Shown: piece by piece, positions 9,944 through 23,968 of the stretch | Numbering within the stretch: position 1 is the first letter of the stretch | Layout: the number at the start of each line of letters is the position of its first letter | NCBI RefSeq assembly: GCF_001194135.2 | Contig: NC_069001.1 | Span: 36,723,064-36,787,063 of the forward strand | From: Octopus bimaculoides | Taxonomy: Eukaryota | Length of the DNA stretch: 64,000 bases | Direction: 5' to 3' | Notes under the pieces: generated by a model | Told to the model about the DNA's origin: nothing | The model's input: only the letters and a program-made list of their open reading frames with translations | The model's database searches: none | Made by a program: the position numbers and the translations under genes

Positions 9944-12900
9944 CAGCAGCAGCAGCAGCAGTAATAATAGAGGTATAAGAACTGCTTTTAGCCAAATATT
10001 ATTTTTGTGTTTGTATGTGTGTGCGTGTGCATATATATATGTGTGTGTGTATGCGTGTGTGTCATTCTTTGTGATTGTGTGTATGTATATATGCAGGTAT
10101 ATTTGAATGTGTACATAGGTGTGTGCATCTATGTATATGTATATATTTCCCTCCCTCTCTCTCTCTTTCTCTCTCCTCATGTGTGTGTGTGTGTATATAC
10201 ACAGGCATATAGACATCCACACACCCACATTCACTCCCCACCTTGCCTAATCAGTGTGTGCTCATAGATATATCCAAGTATAAGGTTTCAGTAATAGGTT
10301 TTTATTAAGTACGAAAATATCCTTAAAAATATAGGATCTACACATCATTGCCTCCACCATGTGTCGATGTATTCCTCTCCTGTACACATGCGTGCATGTG
10401 TGTGTGTGTTAAAGAAAATATGTATCTAACTCCAAATTGAATATTAAAAATATATTAAATTTTTAACATTACAATCTAAAATAAAATCTATATTATTAAC
10501 AGGATGTGTTTAAATAAGAAGTAAAGGAAGGTGAGGTCATATTTTTTCCGTTAGTTGCATTGATAGATTATTAAATGGTGATGGTGGCGGTGGTGGTGGT
10601 GGTGGTTGCAGTGTAGAGCAAGGAAATAAATAGCATTTGTGCAGAGAAACTGCAGGAAGCCTCTGTCTTGAATTCCAAGAATCACTGTTCTTATTTTGCA
10701 TTCCCAAAACAGCTGTTATCACATGCAGAACGGATCCGGCTTTCAGCCAAATCTGTCATGAAGATCCACCCACCGTTTTGCTTTGCTTTGGCTACGAAGG
10801 GTGGGTTGCTGGTTGTCTTTTATTTTTTTTCTGCTCAGTGTCTACTGCAGCACCAAAGATTGTTGGGTTGACAAATGAGCTTTTCCTCTTTCAGAGAAAA
10901 TCCTCTTCAGTTTCTTTGAGGAAATTCTTGTTTCAGACAAAAATGTATGAAAGGTTGGTGAGAGAGGCAAAATTGGTGTAACTAAGTCACTGGTATAGCC
11001 TGCTCGTGAAGTTAATGTGCAAGTGGCTGAGTACTCCACAGACATGTGTACCTTTAATGTTGTTCTGAGGGAGATTCAGTGTGACACAGAGTGTGACACA
11101 GAGTGTGACAAGGCTGGCCACTTTGAATTACAGGCACAACTTGTTTGCACCAACTGAGTGGACTGGAGCAATGTGAGGTAAAGTGTCTTGCTCAAGGACA
11201 CAATACTTAACAGTATTTCTTTGGACTTTTCATGATCTGAGTTCAAATTCTGCTGTGATCAACTTTGCCTTTCATACTCTAGGGGTTAACAAAACACTGT
11301 TACTAATCAAATACTGGGGCCAACTGGTAGCCTTGTGCCAAAAATTAGAAAGAATTATTATTGTTATTCAGGCGTCAAGCTGGTAGAATTGTTAACATTC
11401 CAGACAAGTTGCTTAGTGGCATTTCATCCAACTTTATATTCTGGGTCCAAATTTTGCCGAGGTCGACTTTGCCTTTCATCCTTTCAGGGTCGATGAAATA
11501 AGCACCAGTCAAACACTGGGGTCAATGCAATCAACTTACCCCCTGCCCCCAAATTTCAGGCCTTGTACCTGTAGTAGAAAGGATCATTATTATTATTATT
11601 ATTAAGATGGTGAGCTGGCAGAATCATTAGCATGCCAGGCAAAATACTTAGCAGCATTTCACCCATCCTTACGTTCTGAGTTCAAATTCTGCTGAGGTCG
11701 ATTTTGTTTTTCGTCCTTTTGGAGATTGATAAATTAAGTACCAGTTATGCACTGGGGTCGATGTAATCAACTGGTCTCCTCCCCCCCAAAAAAATGTCAG
11801 GCTTTGTGCCTATGGTAGAAAGGATTAATAATAGTAGTAATAATACTGCATTTTAGCTCTGAGTTAAATGAAAACTCCCTTACTTGAAAATGCCGGTAAG
11901 GATCAATGACTGCCTCTGGCTGTAGAATAATATCTCAGTAGAATGTACTTCTCTAACCCATGCTATCATGGAAAATCAGATGTAAAGTAAATGAACAAAT
12001 ATAATTGCTCTACAGTCATGTTGTCTTTCAAAAATGTGTGCGTGTGTGTGGGGGTTACTAATGAGTAAGATGTTAGTTAAGTCTGCAGTTGATGGCGAAG
12101 GCAAGATCAGATTCCAAAACCAAGAAATAACCGAAACCTTTGCAAATTAACGAGAAAAGAGGAGAGAGTGTGTGTGTGTGTGTGTGTTACAAGCTCAGAA
12201 CCATGTAACTATGTAACATGATTAGACAATTAGTACAAGGAATATTCTGTATGAGATAAGAGAGAAAGAGATTGTTTGAAAACCTTGGTACGATGAGTTC
12301 TGTTAAGGATCTCACTTACACACACACACACACACTTTGTTCTCTCTGTCTCTTTCTCTTCTTCTTTCCCCTTTTTTTTTCTACCCAGGTATGCAACAAA
12401 TGCATACCAAATGCATCATCATCATCATTATTATCTTTGGACTTGTACAGATATTTGTACATTAGTCATTCTGGAAACTGATTCCATGGCTTTATTACAA
12501 GGTTTCATTTTATTTTATTCCGTTTTCGTTATTTATTATTATTTTTTTTCTCTCTCTCTACCCATGTGCCAACATACACACACATTTTCATTACAACCAG
12601 TCTATTATATCTAGATTACGCTAACTTACGCAACTAGCAGCAGCAGCAGTGGTAGACCCTACGAATACTAAAAGTGCCTGAGTTGCATTGATTTTCATGT
12701 GACTGAAGTACTTTTTAGAATTTGGTTGTGTCGGGGGGGAGGGGGTCTTTTGGTTGCTTCTCAACAAATTCTTCCACTTTCTCTGTAATATAGGTTCAAG
12801 TCATTTTTTAGTGTATGCATACTTTACACGCACACTCACATATATATATATCGAATGTATTCATAACATACATTATAGATACACGCTCGTAAATAAATAC

Positions 12901-13041
12901 GTGCATATATATAATAAGAAATATTACACACACACACACACCTTGGGCGAGTGTCTTCTACTATAGCCTCAGGCCAACCCAAAGCCTTGTGAGTGGATTT
13001 GGTAAAGAGAAACTGAAAGAATCCCATTGTATACATCTATA

Positions 13042-13074
<33 letters not shown>

Positions 13075-14208
13075 TTATATGATGGTGCATGGCTTAGTGG
13101 TTAGGGTGTCGGACTCACGATAGTGAGATCGCGGGTTTGATTCCCAGACTAGGCGTTGCGTTGTGTTCTTGAGCAAAAGCACTTTATTTCATGTTGCTCT
13201 GCGATCATTTCGACATCTGCCATGTGACACCCAGTTGCACCTGGACAGGTAATGTCAATTTGATGGAGGGAGTGAGCTTATGTCTACCCAGACATTTGAT
13301 CACTATAAACAAATCATTTGTGTGGTTGTTCGGTAAGAAATTGCCAAACCCTCATACATCGTCTGATGACGAGAGAATCCATTATATATATATATACACA
13401 TATACACGACAGGCTTCTTTCAGTTTCCATCTACCAAATCCAGTCACAAGGCTTTGGTCGGCCCAAGGCTATAGTAGAAGACACTCAATCCCCAAAGTGG
13501 CACACAGTAACTGCTTACATACATGGCTTTAGAAATGAGAGAATGTGATTTCAATATGTAATGAGAAATGTATGTCTGTGTAAGAAAAAGAAAAAGTGTG
13601 TGTGTGTGTGTGTGATATTTTAGCAACTTCATAAAATGACTGACTTCCAAATTCCCCAATTCTTCAAATGTGCAACTGAAAACAAATGTATGCATGTGTG
13701 TGTGTGTGTGTGTAATATTTTATTATGTATATGCAAGTATATATTTATGAGTGTGTATATATTGTGTATGTTATGAATATATTCATATATGTATACATTT
13801 CTTATTTGAAAAAGAGAGACGGTGGGGGAGGGGGGGGCACAAAGAGAAGAAAAAATTCTATGAAAAACACTATTTTCTAACTGCTTGTATTGGAATGGTT
13901 TTGATAACAAGAATCTGTTGCCATCTATGCATGGTTTTAGTAATTTGGTAAATGGAAACGCCACTTGTGCATTACCAAAAATCAAAAAAATATAAAGAAA
14001 GAAAGAAAGAAAGAAGAAAAGAATAAATTTGTCCCCAGAATGATACAAAACAGACAACGATATGCATATAGAATATTTGAAATAGAAATTTACTTTCCAT
14101 TATTGAAAAATAAAAGAAAAAACAATGAAATGGTATAAATTACTCGGACAGTCTTTGGAATCTATTGTACGGATGAGCTGAACGTGATGTGATAATATTT
14201 AGGTTGTT

Positions 14209-14260
<52 letters not shown>

Positions 14261-15011
14261 CCTTGTAGTTGTAATAGTCAGCCACAATACTTTCTGTCCA
14301 TATTTGTTATGCTGTCGTTTCAATCTGAGCACACCAGATTCAGAAATGTTTATTATTTGCACCTACTTACTTACACATTGCGCTCCTACTAGGAAATGCT
14401 TCGTGAAAATTATTTGGAATTTTTTTTGTGTGACGTGTATTTTGATACTTGAAATCCTACGAGTGTTTCACTGCTGTCAAAATTCAGTGTCTGACATCAT
14501 CATCATCATCGTCGTCGTCGTTTTTAGCATCCACTTTTCCATGCTTGCATGGATGATATGGAATTCGTTGAGACAAATTTTCTACAGCAGGATACCCTTC
14601 CTGTCACCAACCCTCAACAGTTTCCATGTCATGTAATATTTCCCCATGGCTGGACATGTTCTCACAGAAAATTGAGAGTGAATTGACACCGCTTGTATGA
14701 AGGTGATGCTCACTTACAACTATCGCCTATTGCTAAAAGGAGGTACAAACATATACACTAGCATGCACACTCACACATACCTCAAGACAGCAAGCAATAT
14801 ATATATATATATATATGGGTGGGTTAGTGACTGGTTAAAATAACCATCTAAGGGATAGAAATAGCTATTACACTACTGGTATATTACCTATATTTAACCA
14901 TGGGCATACATATGCAAACATATTATGTTCATAAGTTATAGGCAAAGACAAGGATAAACATGGATTTTCCATTTTCTGTTTTCGTTAAATATATACATAT
15001 ATATATATATG

Positions 15012-15070
<59 letters not shown>

Positions 15071-15213
15071 GTAGGTATGTAGATAGATAGATATGCACCC
15101 AAGATCTATTTGTAACCAGTTAGCTTCACTTGGGTTAACAACACAACCATACACCACATCTTCCATGCTTGCTAAGGCACTGTCCTACGTCCTACTCCGC
15201 ACAACCAGGTGCC

Positions 15214-15266
<53 letters not shown>

Positions 15267-18200
15267 GAAGAACTTACCTCTTAACACTGAAGCACTTTAG
15301 TTATTAGTTTTAGAATTAATTTGGATCATAATTCTGAGAATATGAAATAAGAAAATTTACCGGTGATACAAACAAAAAAGAAAGAAATTAATAAATAAAG
15401 CAGATTGAATATTTCCACCAACATTTCTGAGTATAGTGAATTATATCTGTAAAATACAATAACTCTAGATTTTAAGATGTCTCTAGTAGGTTATGTAAAA
15501 CTTAAGGGAAAATGCCCAAAAAAGAATGAAGAAAAAAACGTTTGGCAACATTTTGAAAAATATAGAAATTTGTTTGGCTTCATTTAATGGACTTAAATAT
15601 CTGAAATCTGATTTTAATTGTAGTTTTAAAAATGTTGCAAAACGATATTCTTCAAACTCTTTCGTCATTGTCATTGCCATCGTCGTCGTCATCATCATCA
15701 TCACCATTGAAGTGTTTGCCTGTAGTTTAAAATACTCCTATGTATTGATAGTTTCTTTAGACACAATGTTGTGGCAGTAATGGTGGTGGTGGTGGTGACT
15801 TCGTCATGCTGGCAGTTGTTGCATCTCATTAAAGGCACAAGGCCGGTAATTTTGAGGGCCAGGGTGCAGAAGTTAATCACATCAATCCCAGTATTTGACT
15901 GGCTTATTATTTCAATCGACCCTGGATGAATGGAAAACAAAGCTTCTATCAATAGGATTTGAACTCAGGATGTGAAGAGCCTGAAGAAATATTGCAAAGC
16001 ATTTTTTTCTGATGCTCAAACAATTTTGCCAACTCACTGCCTTTAATGATGATGATGATGATGATGATGACTTGAAACTTTGGCAGAAGGCTAGCAAGTT
16101 TGGGGAAGGGGTCTGGTCAATTACATCGACCCCCAACGCTCAACTGGTACTTATTTTATCAACTTGTAAAGGATGAAAGGCAAAGTCAACCTTGGTGGAA
16201 TTTGAACACGAGACAGAAAGACAAATGAAATGCCATTGAACATTTTACTTGGCGTGCTAACGATTCTACCAGCTCACCGCCTTAATAATGATGATGATAA
16301 TGATAATAATAATAATAATAATCCTTTCTACTAAAGGCGCAAGGCCTGAAATTTGTGGGGAGGAGGATAGTCGATTACATCAACCCCAGTATTTCACTGA
16401 AAGTACGACAGGTAAAGTTGACCTCAGCGGAATTTGAATTCAGAACATAAAGACTAATGAAATGCCACTAGGCATTTTGTTTGGCATGCTAACGATTCTG
16501 CCAGCTTGCCAAAGAATATTGTACCGTTATAATATCATGCTACACATAGATTTGTTTAAAGGAAGGGAAACAGGAAGAACATCCAGCCAAAGAAAAATAA
16601 TCTGCCTTTGATAAATCTTATCCAACCCATGCAAACGTGAAAATGCAGAAGTTAAAACCACAATGGCAGCAATGCTGTTGATGATAGCAAAGATGATGAT
16701 GATGATGATGATATGTGTGCGCATATTTGTGTGTGCATTGGTCAGGGTGCCGTGTGCATCTGCGATGGTGGAATGTTTTCGTTGCACAGAATATGTAATG
16801 TAAGCAGGAGACGTCATGAATCTTTGGTCCCTTGTGCATCTGTTTGCTCTGTTGTTGCAGTAACATGAGAGGTAGGTTCTTGGTTATCTTGAAAAATGAA
16901 AAATGAACAGCCATGTGCATGCATGCACACGTGTGTGTGTGTGTGTTAGATCCCATGTTTTGCTTAATTGCAAATCGTACATTAAGATGGACAATTAGTG
17001 AGCTTTTTCTCACAGCATATGATAACAACTAATACGTAACACACACACACACACACACGTTATGTTAGTTCATGATTATCGTCGTTATCCATCACAAGGG
17101 AGAAGAAGATGGGTTACAGCATGTCCAGTTGTGGCCAATCAGTCGAAGGGCTCTGTCACAGGTCAGGCATTGGTGATCTGCAGGAACGGAAGGCAAGGAG
17201 TTGGTTCTGGACTGGCACAGTTCTCATTTTCTTTGTACCCCTGCAATCCTGTTCTGTCTGTAAGGGGTCACACACACACATATATATACACAGCAGGCTT
17301 CTTACAGTTTCCATCTACCAAATCCACTCACAAGACTTTGGTCAGCCTGAGGACACTTGCCCTAGGTTCCACACAGTGGGACTGAACCCCAAACTACATG
17401 GTTTGGAAGCAAATTTCTTACCATGCAACTCCTTATAAGGGAATTATTCCTAGAATCTCTGCAAGAGGTAGGGCAGGCAAGCAGACAGGCAGGCATGGGT
17501 GATAGATATCAGGAAGCAAAAGGGGTGCGAAGTGGGAGTGGGTGGGGGTTGGGGGGTACCAGGCTCAACAGGGTGTTAAAAAAAATTAGAAACAAAAGAA
17601 AATACGATAATGGCACAAGTAATTGGTTCTGAGATTGCGGTTGATGATAATACGTGCAGCTTGAGCATGTAACATGTACCCCGGTATCAAATAGCTGCCT
17701 CTTTCTCCTCTGACAAAATGACATTCTCGGCTCTCCCTGCCCCCTACTGTCGAAGGGGCCCCTTTCACCACCTCCCCCACCACCACATCACTCAACCACT
17801 GGGAGACATGAGACATGCAAATATTCTAAGTTGGACTTGTCACTTTGTAAGAGATGAGACAAACTTAAAGATGACATAATTGCTGATGATGGCTTCAGGG
17901 GTGGAGAGGAGGATAGAGAAAGAGAGAAAGCCTCAGAAATAGAGTGAGACAGACAGACAGAGAGAGAGAGAGAGAGGGCTTCATTGAGAAGGCAGATAGA
18001 TAGATAGATAGATACCTTGAGAGATGGAGGGAGAGAGAGGAGAAGAAGAGAAAGGGAAAAGGTTTGATTTTCAAGGTTAATCTTTAGTGATATTTAAGAA
18101 TATACTTAAATCCCCATTAGTAAACTATTCAGGATTTTGTTTTGTTTTGTTTTTTCTTGTTCTGTGGAAGTGTGCTTGAACTGTGAGTGACATAATGCTG

Positions 18201-21200
18201 CATATGTATCTACATTTCCCCCCTGTGTGTGTGTGTAGTTTTAAGATATTAGCTATGGAAGAAGGGGTACAGAAATATCATGTTATAAGTTGTCACTTAA
18301 CGAAGAAAAAGTTCATCCAAAAAAAAAAAGTAAAGGAGCTTATCAGTATGTTATTATGGTTACACTAAATGTCAAAGACAGCTTCTGTAATTTAGAAGAA
18401 TTAATTGTGACAAATGAGGTGGGAAGGGGTGGAGCGGACGTTTGATTGCACTAACGTCCGACAAGCAAGATCCTTCATGCCGTGGTTCCGTGCCGATGTT
18501 TGGCTTATGGACTTAATAAGGGAAGATTAATTTCCAAATTTCTGTCTGTAATTTTTGCTNNNNNNNNNNNNNNNNNNNNNNNNNNNNNNNNNNNNNNNNN
18601 NNNNNNNNNNNNNNNNNNNNNNNNNNNNNNNNNNNNNNNNNNNNNNNNNNNNNNNNNNNNNNNNNNNNNNNNNNNNNNNNNNNNNNNNNNNNNNNNNNNN
18701 NNNNNNNNNNNNNNNNNNNNNNNNNNNNNNNNNNNNNNNNNNNNNNNNNNNNNNNNNNNNNNNNNNNNNNNNNNNNNNNNNNNNNNNNNNNNNNNNNNNN
18801 NNNNNNNNNNNNNNNNNNNNNNNNNNNNNNNNNNNNAAAAGCAGGGAAGACATGGTTTGATGGCAATAAAGTTTATAAAAGATTCAGAATCTAATTTAAT
18901 CTTTTATCTTTTACTTGCTTCAGTCGTTAGACTGTAATGAGCTGGCAGAATTGTTAGCACACCGGGCAACCTGCTTATTGGGATTTCATCCATTTTTATG
19001 TTCTGAGTTCAAATTCTGCCAAGGTCAACTTTGCCTTTCATCCTTTCAGGGTCCGTAAAATAGTACCAGTTACATACTGGGACTGATGGAATCTACTCCC
19101 TCCCCCAACTAAATCTACTGGCCTTGTGCCAAACATTTCCAACCATTATTATTAATTATTTAGATTTTTGTTTTATGTTTTCTTTTTTGATTTTGTTTCT
19201 TAATTACAAATATATTTTCATTTTGAAAAAAGTCAAAAATTCGATTACATTTTAGTTTCTGTTTAGACAGGACACCTCTTTAGTCTTTTCATTTTCAAAT
19301 TTTTGTCATTTGGCATGTGTGTGTGTATTGTTATTATGTGATGGCTGTAAATGAGTGCCACTGTTACAAAAGCAGTGTCATTTCTTTCCAATATTCTGCA
19401 ATTATAAATGTAAGTGTAAGGATTGGGCCCAAATAATAATAGCCCACATCAGACAGAATGAATGAAAAATATAAATAAAAATGAAGCCTTCATCAGCTGT
19501 CTCACTCGGGATTCTAACAGTTTCAATACCTTCAAACAGAAAACACACCCACTTACACACAAATATATTCTAATGCTCACATTTTGAAACTGGGATTGAA
19601 GTTGGTGAAGAAGCATGATTATAAACATGGAATCCATTCCTGCATCAAATGTGAATGACACCAAAAAGAAGAGTAGAGTAGGTCGTTCTGGTATTTTTTT
19701 TTAATGCTTTCTCTTTGCTTTTCAGGCAGAAGAAAACAAAAAATGGGAATGAAATCTCCTACACAGTCAGGTATAGAAACAGCGTTTAACACTAACACAC
19801 AATGTTATGGCCTGACATAGAACTGCTTAATGATTTATATATAAAGAGAGAAAGTAGTGCACTTGTTATATCAAAAATATAGAACACCATTTAACACTAA
19901 CACACAGTATTACAGCTAAACATAGAGTTGCTTAATCACTTGCTCACTGATGTAGTTATACTCATACGCATGCTTGTTTGTGTATATTCTTTTATTCTTT
20001 TCAGCCCTAAGGTTGTGGCCATCCACATTAATATATATATTTATTATTGAATGTATTTTACAAACATGTAACACTCTCTTACAGTACTTGGAGATTTCCA
20101 GCAAGTCACGGGTATGAAGTGATCCTATAATGGTTGCACACAACAGCTAATGCACAGTGGCATGTGTGTTGATTACAAATTAAAAATTGGTTAGCTCCAT
20201 ACCTGTGGCTTGCTGGGAAACTGTGAGTACTGTCTGTGAGGGTTCTATGTTGGTATAATATGCTGAGTATCAAATATATTCCTCTTTGTCAATGATATTG
20301 AGGTCTACTTTTTTTTGTTGTTACACTTGCAGTTAATCATTTTATAAATACGTTGGAACAAAATGTTTTTGGTAGTGAACAGAATAGTTTATTTATTGGT
20401 ATTAATAATAAACGAATTAATTGTTCTTTAGTTTATTTATGGAAAGTCTTCAAATTTCTCAAGGTAATGAAATGAAATAAAATGGAGTGAAATTAAAGAG
20501 GAATATTTATGCAATTATCCCCCACCATAGCTGGGGGTCTTTATCTCACAAGTTACTTGGTGACCCCCACTAGTGCTGGTGCTTAACTAATAAACTGTGC
20601 CAAAGTAGATAGTGGCGCTTGGTGCTGTCCCCTGATTAACCAGTACCAGTCAAACCAGCCAACCCATACCAGCATAGAAAGCAGACATTAAATGATGGTT
20701 TTGTTTTTTGTTTTTTTTCATTTCATTTCCTTGGCTAATTAGAAGACTTTCTGTATCTCTATATACAAACAAAGGAACGATTTCTTCATTTCTTGTAGCA
20801 TTATTATTACCAATATATATGTGTGGAGTGCATCTATTACATCAAAATATTTCTGTTTCTAACGATTTATGATTACATTTTTTTTTTTTTTTTTAATTAT
20901 TGGTTTCCGTTCCTTAACCATCTTTGTCTTTCCCAAACTAAAATTCCTGGAATCCAGATCATTGAATAAATACAACAGGGATATTTTATTAGGATTTCTT
21001 ACAGATTCATTTCTTTAACCAACTTAAGCGTTCACAACAACAACAACAATAAAACTAATCAAATGTTTGCCATTTGACTCACGACTTCCACCATTGACTT
21101 CTTCTTCACCTTTTTCCTCTTCTTTGCCTTCTTCATGTTCTTCCTTCTTTTCTTCCACCTCTTCTTCACCACTTTCACCTCTTCTCTTTCTCCGCCACAA

Positions 21201-23922
21201 ACGATGAGACACCTTTAATTACAAAACCTATATTAGATGACATCCAAATGTTTACACACAAAGGTTTCCAAGAGGAATCCCAAAGAAAGACATATCTTTT
21301 TCTATTCTTTCTTTTTTTGTTTTTTTGTTCTTCCCCCACCCCCACCCCATATGTGTTGACTTCAAGAGACAAGAATGATGCCAGACAAAGCCGGAAGTAG
21401 AAAGATTAAGAATCAGGGGGCAGATGGGTGGGGAGGTTATTACTATTCGATGTGATGTGATGTGACAATTTCTATCGCAAATTCACAAGTTGTTTGGTTT
21501 TAAAATGAAGTCAAAGGAATAAAAGGAGTATGAGGTGACAGTGGCAGCGGTGGTGTAAGATTAGAACCTCTTGTAACAATGGATTAGTTAAACAAAGCAA
21601 AGACACTTATAGACATTATCCTTATTAAAGGCGGCGAGCTGACAAAACCATTAGCACACCGGGCGAAATGCTTAGCGGTATTTCATTGAGGGATATTTGG
21701 CTACTGTTTCTATTTGGTTTGTGGTGACCGCATAGCATCTCCCTTGTTTCACTCCTTTCTTAGGAAACATGTTGGTGATTTCAGAGCAGAGAATGAGCTT
21801 GTCAATGGGGAGATCATGAATGGTGATAGAAGAACTTTGACAAACTTAACTGGTTTATTGATTAACCAAACAATTAATCGAACAGTCAATTAGTTAATTG
21901 ATTGAATGGTTAACCAATTAACAAATAAATAATGAAGAAGTGAAATAGAACCGGTGTGTGTTTATTATTGGCATATTGACCCTCCCAAGATACAACAAAA
22001 TCTGTTTCAAGACAGGAGTTCATGTCAAGAATCATGCAAACCAAATACAAGACAAAATTTTATAAAGAATTGTTATATTTTCTATTATTTTTAATTCCAT
22101 TATAACATTTTGTTTGTCAAAATTAGCTCAGAACATTGAAACTAGTTTTCGGTTTACTAGAACAATTAACTTGTTTTTTATGTTTTGTTTTGCATTGTTT
22201 TGTTTTGTTTCTGTCCCTAACAAAAGACCTTAAAAAAAACAAAAATGATTGAAAATGATTTTAAAATATTTTCTGGGGGTTTTTTTTTCTTTTTTTCCAC
22301 TTTTATAGTTAACAACAAAAAAAGACCTTATTTCTATTTTATCAATTTAATTAATTACATCATAAAATACACACACGCACACACATGCATGCATACAGCC
22401 ACACACATATACATATATATATATACATATATGTTTGCTGGTATTATCTGATATCAATAAATTTGATTGTTTATCTTTTTCTTTTGGGGTCAGTAAGGGT
22501 TCTTTGTTTCCCATTTTTTCCTCTTGTTTATCACATTTTCATTCATATTAAACATCAACTTCAAATGATAAAGAAATTTTGTTTGATTTTTTAAATTTTT
22601 TTTTTTATGCTGTTGTTTTGAAAAATCTGTCTCTCCATCATGTGCCTATATACATACATACATACATACATTTATTATATTGTGTTTATTTATGACAACA
22701 GACTGTAGCGAAACAATTAGGTTATGAACACGAGACTTTAACATTTGTTCATTAACAAGCTTTTGTTTTAACATTAACCTTTCTTTAACATTTTCGTTTT
22801 TACCTTTTTTTCAAATTGTGTTTTGAATTGACTCTTGCATATCAAATTATTTACATAGACATAGACATACAACACAATTGATGGTAGACCTAATATGTCA
22901 CCTGGTTTAACGCCACCATCTGGCACCTTGGGGGCGGTCTTTATTGGACCTCATTCTGTTGCAAGAATTCAGGCCAGGTTAGGGGTCTGGTTTGAGGTTA
23001 TATTTCTGTCTTACCACCCACCAGTCCCAGAAGCCCTGTGAAGAGTCACAGGAACACTCTTCCCTCCTGACTAAAAGATTACAAAATTTTAATAAAAAAA
23101 AAACAAAAGCAATATATAAATAACCTCCACCTTCCCACCCACCCACTGGAGAACATCTTCCAGCTGCATTTACCAATTCCATGAAAAACTCTGATGAATC
23201 GAGAAGCAAGATTTGCTGTTCTCAAAATGAAACATCTTACAAATTGTAAATAAATGTTGTAAATATAAATTAGAAACTCTGCCCTCCAATACATGTCATT
23301 GAGTACTATTTTTAATTTGCAGACATCTTAAATCTTTTACTAAGGTGTATATGTGTATGTATGAGTGTGTGTCTGTATACACACTCACATATTTATTTAA
23401 CCATGTGACAGTCTTAGGATTATGGCCGTTTTGCAACTTTCTTCATGTAATATTAATTTCAGTGCGGAAGAAATTATGCTAACATCTTTGAATTAATATG
23501 TCTGCTCCACATTGTATATTAAAAAATCAATGGAAATCAAGAATCTGTGGTACCGAGCAGAATATTTGCTGTAGTTCATCCTTTATACCCAGACAAAACA
23601 ATGTACAGGATAACACTTCCAATCAGTTGAGTTCAGAAGCCACGAGAGCCACTGCCTGGTACTGCATCATCATCATTATTATTATTATTATTATTAATTT
23701 TTAAGGCAATGACTTGACAGAGTCGTTAGCACACTGGACAAAATGCAACATTTCATCGGCCTTTATGTTCTGTGTTCAAATTCAGCCAAGGTTGCTTTTC
23801 CTTTTCATCCTTTTGGGAGGTCAATGAAATAAGTACCAGTTAAGCACTGCGGTCAGTGTAATCAACTTACACCCTCCACCAAAAATTGCTGGCCTTGTAC
23901 CAAAATTTGAAACCATTAATTG

Positions 23923-23968
<46 letters not shown>

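Noticed and set aside
9070-9995. Poly-Val/Thr/Leu/Ala, poly-Ile-Tyr and poly-His-Thr ORFs here and throughout
   Set aside because: They are translations of (TAG)n, (CAG)n, (AT)n, (CA)n and (ATT)n microsatellites.
14212-14260. T49 homopolymer as the poly(A) tail of an antisense retrocopy
   Set aside because: No recognisable element, polyadenylation signal or TSD next to it.
21024-21212. Acidic/basic low-complexity ORF ([10 protein letters not shown]...)
   Set aside because: Purine-rich simple repeat on the minus strand; no splice context or domain.
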